Assembly (NCBI RefSeq): GCF_006345805.1
Contig: NC_043024.1
Coordinates: 1,364,001 to 1,428,000 of the forward strand
Reading direction: 5' to 3'
DNA length: 64,000 bases
Source of the DNA: Octopus sinensis
Lineage: Eukaryota
Part shown: positions 11,901 to 23,700 of the stretch, piece after piece
Layout of the letters: every line of letters begins with the position of its first letter
How positions within the stretch are numbered: the stretch's first letter is position 1
The notes under the pieces: generated by a model
Seen by the model: the letters and a program-made list of their open reading frames with translations, nothing else
Database searches by the model: none
What the model was told of the DNA's origin: nothing
Translations under genes and position numbers: made by a program

Positions 11901-14900
11901 GTGTGAAAGGCAAAGAGACATATCAGAAACTCTACTGTTATAGCCTGGCAGTATCTGTAAACAGCATTTCTAGTGTCTGTCAAACTGTGCTTGAGAAGAC
12001 TCATCAAGCTAAGTGAAACCATGGCCATCCATACGTACATCCACGCCCCCTCCCCCTCTCAGCCGTGAGATCCTTGTCCTGTGAGCTCATGGCTGCTACT
12101 GCCAGGTAAAATCCACCATCTTTGTGGTCATGTAAAAAGCACTTGTGCCTGTGCCATGTGCCAGGACGAACACCGGTCCCACATCAAAGGATTCTTACTG
12201 GTGCCATGTAAAAGCACCCATGCAGGTGCCACATAAAAAGCACCCATGTTGGTGCCACATGACAAGTACCTATGCTGGTGCCATGCAATAGGCACCAGGA
12301 TAGGTGTCATTGTTACCTGTGCCAGTGACACGTACAAAGCACCTTTCAAGCATTGGGTTCCACAGAGGCACTGACGAATGACAGACCTTTGGCATTGTGC
12401 CATGCTTGTGAAAAAGACCTATCAAGTATAATCACAGTCGTGGCAGATACTGGTGTCGCACAAATGGCACCCGTGCCAGTCGCACATAAAAGCACCCATT
12501 ACACTCTCGGAGAAGTTAGCTCTAAGAAGGACATCCAGCTGTAGAAACCATGCCAAATCAGAGTGGAGTCTGGTGCAGCCTTCCAGCCTTGCCAGCCCTG
12601 GTCAAATCATCCAACCCATGCCAACATGGACAATGGATGTTAAATGATGATGGTGATCCAGGTGTAGAAACCCTGCCATAATAGACAACTGGGGCCGGGT
12701 GGAACTCTCCATCTCCTACCAAACCGTCCAATTCATGCCACCATGGAGAACAGACATTGAATGATGATGATGACAATGATGTTACAGTGAAGCATCAGCT
12801 CTTTGAATGTAAAACTTACATCAACACAGAGCACTTCATTAGTCACTGGAAGGGAGAATTAAAGAACTTGAGCAAGGAGTCACAAATTTGGAGAGTCGGC
12901 CAATTGGAGAAGAATTACAGAACTTTTTTCAACATTGATCTCAACCCCCAAAAAAGGAAAGAAAAAAGAGAAAAAAAGAAATAAGAAAAAGCCAACTGAA
13001 AACTTACCCTTCGTGGAATACAGCAGTACCAGGGTGGTATTTACAGTTCTCCTTATTGGAAATTTCCCCCTCATAAATCTGAGAAACAGCAAATAGGAAA
13101 CATTGTGACAATGTATCTGAGACTCTGTAAGAATCGGAATGCTATAAGAGTGGACATTGTGTATGGTTGCAGGAGAGTTGTAACATAGTAGTGAGGAGAT
13201 GTATGTAGGGTGGCGTATTAGAGAAGAGATGTCTAGGCCTGCAGTGTGGCAGGGAGGAGGACAAGTGTGGGGGGGCGTAGGGTGGCAGTGAGATGCTGTG
13301 TGGGCTGCTGTTGTTATTTAACCCCAGGTCAACCATTATTAAGCCCTTGAATCAAAAGCATTCCAACCACAACCATTTGTCCCTTTAAGGATATGTGTTC
13401 TTCCCTCTTTCTTTAAAATGGAAAATTTGGCTGCCATTTCTAGCAGGTCGAGTGAAGTCAGAAAGGTTTCTTTGTAGGTATTGTGTGTGGGGGTTGTGGT
13501 GAGGTGTGACAGTGAAGCCAGGTGGAGTGGAGTGTGACAGAAAATTCAGATTTGGAGTGGAGTATGGCAATCAAGTTATACAGAATGTAGAATGCTAAAA
13601 AAACTTTCAAGAGAGCTGAACAGCAGAAGATCTTCAGAGAAGAAACCCCTCCTCAGGCAAGCATTTCGGCCCTTAACTTCTTACACTCCAGTCATGACTC
13701 CTGGGTGCCCTTCAGCTGACACTTTTTAGCCACATAAACATCCTAAACATCTCCCGCTATCCCCACGGTACCTCTTATATTCCCCACCACAGTTCCCAGT
13801 GGGTAGGTCCCAATGCCATTCATTTCTCTCTCTCACTCCTTCCTCTCATCTTCCTCTCCTGTATCTCCTCCATACTTCAACCACCAATCTCCATCCCCCT
13901 ATCATACTCCGACCTCTCATCCCCTGCCACAAGGCCATCAGCACCACTCCCTCTCGCCCAGTCAAGAGGCTTTTGTCTCGCAAGTTACTTGGAACCTTGC
14001 TGCTGTTGGTACCACATAAGAAGCACCCAGACCACACTCTGAAAAGGGGTTGGTGTTTGGAAAGGGCATCCCACCATAGAAACCATGACAAAGCAGACAA
14101 TGGAGCCTGGTGCAGCCTTCCAGCCTCGCCAGCCCCTATCAAACTGTCCAACCAATTGCAGCATGGAAGACAGATGTTAATTGAGTATGATATATAGGTG
14201 GTGCCCCAGCATGACCACAGTCTAATGACTGTAACGAGTGAAAGGTAACACATACACACACACACATATATGGTGTGGCTGCATGGTAAGAAGTTTGCTT
14301 CTCAACCACATGATTCCCGGTTCAGTCCCACTGCATGGCACCTTGGGCAAGTGTCTTCTACTATAGCCTCGGGCTGAAGAAAGCTTTGAGGGTATTTGGT
14401 AGATGGAAACTGAAAGAAGCCCATTACATATATAGATATATATGTAGATATGAATGTATATATGTGTGTGTGTGTGTGCATTTTTGTTTGTGCCCCAACC
14501 ATCACTTGACAACTGATGTTGGTGTGTTTATGTCCCTGTAACTTAGCAGTTCATCAAAAGAGATCGATAGAATAAGTACTAGGCTTACAAAGAATAAGTC
14601 CTGGGGTCGATTTCTTCAACTAAAACCCGTTAAGCTGGTGCTCTAGTATGGCCGCAGTCAAATGACTGAAATGTGTAAAAGAATAAAAGAATGTGTGTGT
14701 GTATGTATGAATGAGTGTGTGCATCTGTGTGTTCTTGCCACCACCACCCCCCACCTCACTGCTTGGCGACTGGTGTTGGTTTGTTTATGTCCTTGTAATT
14801 TAACAACCCACCAAAACAGACTAAGAGAAAGAGTAAAATAAATAAATAAATGCGCCCTTTTAAAGCTTAGCCAGGTTCATGGGCTCGGTTTCCTGGTTTC

Positions 14901-17722
14901 AATGGTGTATGTGTTCCCCCCAGCTGGACGGGACACCAGTCCATCGCAGCGTTACTCATTTTTGCCAGCTGAGTGGACTGGAGCAACGGGAAATGAAGTG
15001 TTTTGCTCAAGAACACAACACGTTGCCCGGTCCAGGAATCGAAGCCACAATCTTACAATCATGAGTCCAACACCTGAACCACTAAGCCACGCACCTCCAC
15101 AAGAGAAAGAGTACCGGGCCAACTGTTGGACTAAACCCTTCAAAGCAGTGCCCCAGCATGGCCACAGTCCCCAATGAGTGAAACAAAATAAAAGACGGTA
15201 CAGAAGTAAAAACACACACACATACAAAAAAAAAGGAAGAGGGTTCCATGTTCTTACCTTGCCACAGCAGGCATTGGCACAAGGGGTTCCGACCACAATC
15301 TCAGAAGTCTCGTCTCATGGAAAGAGAAACACAAGAGAAATTACTCAGATATATATTGCCATAAAAGTGTCCCTTAACCCCCATCATGCTCTGTCCCCGG
15401 TATGGTAGGAACAGCCTAAACAGAATCTCTGCCGGATTCCCCTTAAAGCAGTAATGAACAACAGACATAGAAAAAAAAAGAGAAAACACTAAGATTATAG
15501 ACAAAGGGTCAGATTGTAGATTTGTAGCCAAGTGTTTTGAGGACTCATTGTTAATGGTGTCTCCCCCACAAAGCTGTTGTTTACTTTTCATCATCATCAT
15601 CATCATTTAGTGTCTGTTTGTCATGCTGGCATGGGTTGGACAGTTTGACTGAAATTGGTAAGCTGTCGGGCTGCACCAGGTTCCAATCTGATTTGGGCAC
15701 GGTTTCTATGGTTGGATGCTCTTCCTAATGCCAACCACTCCGAGAGTGTAATGGGTGCTTTTTACGTGCCACTAGCACAGGTGCCAGTTATGTGACACCA
15801 GCATCGGCCACAACTATGGTTTCACTTGGCCTGACGGGACTTCTCAAGCACTTTTGTTTAAAAAAAAAAATGAAAAAAAAGAGAATCTTTTTGCAATAAA
15901 GCAAGTGTGTAATGAGCCGAGCACTTTATTTGGTAAACAAACAAAGCTTAGACTCTTTGCAATTAGGTAAAAAAAAGAACTGGCTTAAAATTCTGGCAAA
16001 GGGCCGACAATTTCAGAGGGGAGAGGGGTAAATTGATTAAATCGACCCTGGTGGCATATGAACCCAGAACATAAAGATGGAGGAAACGCTACAAAGGATT
16101 TGGCCCAGGGGGCTAACTTGCTGCCTTGAAGAAATTATAGAGGATATTTATTGTTTGGACAAAGAGTTTACCCTTAAGCAGAGAATGAGTGTGATGATGG
16201 GGGAAGAAATACAGGTGTTGAGAGAGAGAGATGCCAGATAAGAATGTGTCTTGTATATCGTGTGGTACACAGAATAGTTAAAGGCCACCTCCTTCAAAAC
16301 TACACTCCACTTGAAGTGGTCTTATACTGTTTGGTTACCTGATGATCTCACTCGTGCCAGTGGCACATGAAAAGCAACCAGCACTCTCTTTCAAGTGTTG
16401 TTGTTAGGAAGGACGTCCAGCCACAGAAACTATGCTAAAGCCAGACACTGGAGCCTGATGCAGCCCTCCTAGCATGCCAGCCCCTGTTCAATGCCCAACC
16501 TATGCCACTAGCATGGAAAACTGATGTTAAATGATAATAATGATATATCTCTTATTATAAAAGGCAGATTTTATCTGCCTCCCTTTGGGAGTTATACAAA
16601 TCTACAATATAGGATTTCTTCAATTACAATTTACCTAGCATTTTTAAGAGTACAATGCATCGCGTCATGCCAGGTCCAGTTTTTAAAATTTAAACTCCAA
16701 TTAAGCAAAATTTACAGAAAACTCACATTCTGGTGTGTGTGTTAAATGCTTTTCTTAGTCTGGTTTACACCACACGCAAACGCACACACACAGTGTGCGA
16801 CGAATAAAATGAAAGTAAATGTAATATTTGTTTCTGTCTATCACGCTGATAGATACATGAGTAAAATGTATGGGAAGCTAACAGATAACAGTGAGTGAAA
16901 ATGTTCTTGGAAGAGAGTAAATTAGCGACAGAGTGATTTGAGCAAGACTAAACTGAAACTATGAAACAGTGTTTATGTATAAACAGACGACACTTATATA
17001 AACCCTTTCGTTACCAAACCGCCCGAATTTACCTATTCATATTTAAATGAGAATATCAGAGTAAATCTCTTTAGTACATTCGTGAAAACACGTATTATAC
17101 TTCGTAAACACTTCAAATACAGTTTTGTACAAAAATCGAAGTGTAATTTTAATTCCGTGAATTATGGGAGATTTTTTTCCGAAATTTGTTCCTATTGTGT
17201 TTTCAAAATTTGTAATTCTGACAAAAATGGATACGAATTTCATTATATCAAGCAGCGAGTCAGAATTCGAAGGATTTTCTACTGAAGACCTTCATAAATC
17301 TAACTCTATGACTGAAAAAAAAAGCATCTTTATATAAGAGTGAAGTTGTGTGTCTGTCCCCTTCGATTTAGATTCGTAACTACTCCCACATTTTGCCGTG
17401 CAGTTTAACCAAAAGCGGGTATCTTATAGTCGTGATTCATATCGAGCCCTTCTGGGTATTAGCGCGCGTCTACGATGAGTCTACTATTTAAAAAAAATTT
17501 ACCATCATATTTTTCCATTTTAATGCATTTTTTTCGCTTTTATATAAGGGAAGTAACTCTCTAAAAATATCTACGATGTGTCAACGATTTTTAAAAAAAA
17601 TTTACCTTAATTTTTTTTCAATTTTTAATGCATTTTTTTGCTATTTTTTGGCTATAACTCTCTAAAAATGCTTATATAGTTATTTCCCTTACAACCCGAG
17701 CAACGCCGGGCGATACTGCTAG

Positions 17723-17756
<34 letters not shown>

Positions 17757-20700
17757 ATCACCACTTAGCATTTAATGATCTTCACCTGTTGGTCCTCACG
17801 GAGGTGATGACAAGAGTGACTGAGGCCTTGGTGATATGCTGTGCTTGAGAAGACTTGTGAAGCCAAGTGAAACTGTAGCCATAGCCATTGCCAGTGTCAT
17901 GTGAATGGAACCCGTGAAATCATAGTCATGGCCGTTACTGGTGTTCTGTTGATGGCACCCATGCCAGCGATACGTTCAATGCACCCATTACACTCATGGC
18001 ACCAGCACCAGTGCCCGTGGTACCTGCACCAGTGCTTTATGATGCTAAACAGTTACACTAAAAGATCTCTTATTAACTTTTCTTTGGTTGGCATTTCCCA
18101 GTTTACCCAAAAACTTTTCTTATGAGATTTGGACTGCTCACATTCAGTCCCCTGCAAGACAATGGCCTCAGCATATTCTCTTCATCAACCACAATCTGAT
18201 GTGGAGGCCATGAATCTGTGCTCGAAATTATCCTAGCTTCCTGAGCCTACTCTGTCACATTGGCTCAACATGACTTGGCAGAGGGCAGCAGTTTTTATAC
18301 TCACACCCAGAAGTAATTAAATCAATTACAATCAACCCCAGTAATCAACTGGTGCATATTTTATCAACCCCAAAGGGACGAAAGGCTAAGTCAGCCGCGA
18401 CAGAATTTATGAGATTACTATCGCATAAGAGTCTCGTAGTTTGTGTAAGGGTCTCAACCTGGCCATCAACCAGTCTCATAAGCAAGAATATCAGTTCTTG
18501 AGAGCTTTCATAAACAGAAAAAACAAAAAGCCGTTGAAAAGAGAAGAGTCTCACCAGTTTCGTTTTGCTGTAGATTGAGTTCTTCCATTCTCTTCTGCAG
18601 ACACTGGTTCAAACTGTCTCTGACAATTATCTTTAATGGTATGGTGGGTTCGTCTACAGACGGCCGTTTTACTGGAACAATGCTCTTGGGGATAGTAACC
18701 TGAATAAGGGCAAACACAACATTGCTGTCATTACCATTTTAAGCAGTTCTCTGATCTTTACCTGTTCGTTTGGAGTCAAAGCCTAATCAACGCAGCATGG
18801 CACTCTGGCGGTTACGATGAGGGCTGATTCAATTAATGGAACAGCTTCCTCATAAAATTAACATGCAAGTGGCTGAGTATTCCACAGACACATGTAACCC
18901 TTAACATAGTTCTCAGGGAGATTCAGTGTGACACAGAATGTATCAAGGCTGGCCCTTTGAAAGACAAGTGCTACTCATTTTTCCCAGCCAAGTGCTTTTT
19001 ATGTGCCACTGCCACAGGAGCTGGCATCGACCATGATCGGATGGTGCTTTTCATGTGCCAGTGACACAGAAGCCAGTCAAAGCGGCACTGGCATCAACCA
19101 CATTCGGATGGTGCTTTTCATGTGCCAGTGGCACAGAAGCCAGTCAAAGCGGCACTGGCATCAGCCACATTCGGAAGGTGCTTTTCATGTGCCAGTGGCA
19201 CAGAAGCCAGTCAAAGCGGCACTGGCATCAGCCACATTCGGAAGGTGCTTTTCATGTGCCACTGCCACAGGAGCTGGCATCAGACACATTCGGAAGGTGC
19301 TTTTCATGTGCCAGTGGCACAGAAGCCAGTCAAAGCGGCACTGGCATCAGCCACATTCGGATGGTGCTTTTCATGTGCCAGTGGCACAGAAGCCAGTCAA
19401 AGCGGCACTGGCATCAGCCACATTCGGAAGGTGCTTTTCATGTGCCAGTGGCACAGAAGCCAGTCAAAGCGGCACTGGCATCAGCCACATTCGGAAGGTG
19501 CTTTTCATGTGCCACTGCCACAGGAGCTGGCATCAGCCACATTCGGAAGGTGCTTTTCATGTGCCAGTGGCACAGAAGCCAGTCAAAGCGGCACTGGCAT
19601 CAGCCACATTCGGATGGTGCTTTTCATGTGCCAGTGGCACAGAAGCCAGTCAAAGCGGCACTGGCATCAGCCACATTCGGAAGGTGCTTTTCATGTGCCA
19701 GTGGCACAGAAGCCAGTCAAAGCGGCACTGGCATCAGCCACATTCGGAAGGTGCTTTTCATGTGCCAGTGACACAGAAGCCAGTCAAAGCGGCACTGGCA
19801 TCAGCCACATTCGGAAGGTGCTTTTCATGTGCCAGTGGCACAGAAGCCAGTCAAAGCGGCACTGGCATCAGCCACATTCGGAAGGTGCTTTTCATGTGCC
19901 AGTGGCACAGAAGCCAGTCAAAGCGGCACTGGCATCAGCCACATTCGGATGGTGCTTTTCATGTGCCAGTGGCACAGAAGCCAGTCAAAGCGGCACTGGC
20001 ATCAGCCACATTCGGAAGGTGCTTTTCATGTGCCAGTGGCACAGAAGCCAGTCAAAGCGGCACTGGCATCAGCCACATTCGGAAGGTGCTTTTCATGTGC
20101 CAGTGGCACAGAAGCCAGTCAAAGCGGCACTGGCATCAGCCACATTCGGAAGGTGCTTTTCATGTGCCAGTGGCACAGAGAAGCCAGTCAAGCGGCACTG
20201 GCATCAGCCACATTCGGATGTGCTTTTCATGTGCCAGTGGCACAGAAGCCAGTCAAAGCGGCACTGGCATCAGCCACATTCGGAAGGTGCTTTTCATGTG
20301 CCAGTGGCACAGAAGCCAGTCAAAGCGGCACTGGCATCAGCCACATTCGGATGGTGCTTTTCATGTGCCAGTGGCACAGAAGCCAGTCAAAGCGGCACTG
20401 GCATCAGCCACATTCGGAAGGTGCTTTTCATGTGCCAGTGGCACAGAAGCCAGTCAAGCAGCGGCACTGGCATCAGCCACATTCGGAAGGTGCTTTTCAT
20501 GTGCCACTGCCACAGGAGCTGGCATCAGCCACATTCGGAAGGTGCTTTTCATGTGCCAGTGGCACAGAAGCCAGTCAAAGCGGCACTGGCATCAGCCACA
20601 TTCGGATGGTGCTTTTCATGTGCCAGTGGCACAGAAGCCAGTCAAAGCGGCACTGGCATCAGCCACATTCGGAAGGTGCTTTTCATGTGCCAGTGGCACA

Positions 20701-23700
20701 GAAGCCAGTCAAAGCGGCACTGGCATCAGCCACATTCGGATGGTGCTTTTCATGTGCCACTGCCACAGGAGCTGGCATCAGCCACATTCGGAAGGTGCTT
20801 TTCATGTGCCACTGCCACAGGAGCTGGCATCAGCCACATTCGGAAGGTGCTTTTCATGTGCCAGTGGCACAGAAGCCAGTCAAAGCGGCACTGGCATCAG
20901 CCACATTCGGAAGGTGCTTTTCATGTGCCAGTGGCACAGAAGCCAGTCAAAGCGGCACTGGCATCAGCCACATTCGGAAGGTGCTTTTCATGTGCCAGTG
21001 GCACAGAGAAGCCAGTCAAAGCGGCACTGGCATCAGCCACATTCGGAAGGTGCTTTTCATGTGCCAGTGACACAGAAGCCAGTCAAAGCGGCACTGGCAT
21101 CAGCCACATTCGGAAGGTGCTTTTCATGTGCCACTGCCACAGGAGCTGGCATCAGCCACATTCGGAAGGTGCTTTTCATGTGCCAGTGGCACAGAAGCCA
21201 GTCAAAGCGGCACTGGCATCAGCCACATTCGGAAGGTGCTTTTCATGTGCCAGTGGCACAGAAGCCAGTCAAAGCGGCACTGGCATCAGCCACATTCGGA
21301 AGGTGCTTTTCATGTGCCAGTGGCACAGAAGCCAGTCAAAGCGGCACTGGCATCAGCCACATTCGGAAGGTGCTTTTCATGTGCCAGTGGCACAGAAGCC
21401 AGTCAAAGCGGCACTGGCATCAGCCACATTCGGAAGGTGCTTTTCATGTGCCAGTGGCACAGAAGCCAGTCAAAGCGGCACTGGCATCAGCCACATTCGG
21501 AAGGTGCTTTTCATGTGCCAGTGGCACAGAAGCCAGTCAAAGCGGCACTGGCATCAGCCACATTCGGAAGGTGCTTTTATGTGCCAGTGGCACAGAAGCC
21601 AGTCAAAGCGCACTGGCATCAGCCACATTCGGAAGGTGCTTTTCATGTGCCAGTGGCACAGAAGCCAGTCAAAGCGGCACTGGCATCAGCCACATTCGGA
21701 AGGTGCTTTTCATGTGCCAGTGGCACAGAAGCCAGTCAAAGCGGCACTGGCATCAGCCACATTCGGAAGGTGCTTTTCATGTGCCAGTGGCACAGAAGCC
21801 AGTCAAAGCGGCACTGGCATCAGCCACATTCGGAAGGTGCTTTTCATGTGCCAGTGGCACAGAAGCCAGTCAAAGCGGCACTGGCATCAGCCACATTCGG
21901 AAGGTGCTTTTCATGTGCCAGTGGCACAGAAGCCAGTCAAAGCGGCACTGGCATCAGCCACATTCGGAAGGTGCTTTTCATGTGCCAGTGGCACAGAAGC
22001 CAGTCAAAGCGGCACTGGCATCACCCACATTCGGAAGGTGCTTTTCATGTGCCAGTGGCACAGAAGCCAGTCAAAGCGGCACTGGCATCAGCACATTCGG
22101 AAGGTGCTTTTCATGTGCCAGTGGCACAGAAGCCAGTCAAAGCGGCACTGGCATCAGCCACATTCGGAAGGTGCTTTTCATGTGCAGTGGCACAGAAGCC
22201 AGTCAAAGCGGCACTGGCATCAGCCACATTCGGAAGGTGCTTTTCATGTGCCAGTGGCACAGAAGCCAGTCAAAGCGGCACTGGCATCAGCCACATTCGG
22301 AAGGTGCTTTTCATGTGCCAGTGGCACAGAAGCCAGTCAAAGCGGCACTGGCATCAGCCACATTCGAAGGTGCTTTTCATGTGCCAGTGGCACAGAAGCC
22401 AGTCAAAGCGGGACTGGCATCAGCCACATTCGGAAGGTGCTTTTCATGTGCCAGTGGCACAGAAGCCAGTCAAAGCAGCACTGGCATCAGCCACATTCGG
22501 AAGGTGCTTTTCATGTGCCAGTGGCACAGAAGCCAGTCAAAGCGGCACTGGCATCAGCCACATTCGGAAGGTGCTTTTCATGTGCCAGTGGCACAGAAGC
22601 CAGTCAAAGCGGCACTGGCATCAGCCACATTCGGAAGTGCTTTTCATGTGCCAGTGACACAGAAGCCAGTCAAAGCGGCACTGGCATCAGCCACATTCGG
22701 ATGGTGCTTTTCATGTGCCACTGCCACAGGAGCTGGCATCAGCCACATTCGGAAGGTGCTTTTCATGTGCCAGTGGCACAGAAGCCAGTCAAAGCGGCAC
22801 TGGCATCAGCCACATTCGGAAGGTGCTTTTCATGTGCCAGTGGCACAGAAGCCAGTCAAAGCGGCACTGGCATCAGCCACATTCGGAAGGTGCTTTTCAT
22901 GTGCCAGTGGCACAGAAGCCAGTCAAAGCGGCACTGGCATCAGCCACATTCGGAAGGTGCTTTTCATGTGCAGTGGCACAGAAGCCAGTCAAAGCGGCAC
23001 TGGCATCAGCCACATTCGGAAGGTGCTTTTCATGTGCCAGTGGCACAGAAGCCAGTCAAAGCGGCACTGGCATCAGCCACATTCGGAAGGTGCTTTTCAT
23101 GTGCCAGTGGCACAGAAGCCAGTCAAAGCGGCACTGGCATCAGCCACATTCGGAAGGTGCTTTTCATGTGCCAGTGGCACAGAAGCCAGTCAAAGCGGCA
23201 CTGGCATCAGCCACATTCGGAAGGTGCTTTTCATGTGCCAGTGGCACAGAAGCCAGTCAAAGCGGCACTGGCATCAGCCACATTCGGAAGGTGCTTTTCA
23301 TGTGCCAGTGGCACAGAAGCCAGTCAAAGCGGCACTGGCATCAGCCACATTCGGAAGGTGCTTTTCATGTGCCAGTGGCACAGAAGCCAGTCAAAGCGGC
23401 ACTGGCATCAGCCACATTCGGAAGGTGCTTTTTATGTGCTACTGACACGGGGCTCACAACTACAATTTCCATTTGATTTGATTTTGATATTGCTGATGTT
23501 GATGCACTTGACTCAATAAGGTCTCCTCGTGGATAACTAAGCATTACACTTAACAGAGTAAAGTGAATGCCAAAGGGATAAGGGTTCATCTACTTCCATC
23601 ATTATTCTTCGTCTCACTTCACATCTCACCACAGCTCTACTTCATCCATCCTTTCCTCTCAGTCAATCGGTCTGCCTCATCTCAAGCCTACCTCTTTCTC

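Noticed and set aside
18992-23445. CRISPR-like appearance of the regular array
   Set aside because: There are no unique spacers (the whole unit repeats), no cas genes, and the context is eukaryotic.
19003-23519. 1480-aa and 1465-aa plus-strand ORFs with Cys/His-rich repeats
   Set aside because: These are translations of the 67-bp satellite. The unit has no stop in any plus frame and is not a multiple of 3, so the same 67-aa cycle appears in every frame. They lie antisense within a CHORDC1 intron.
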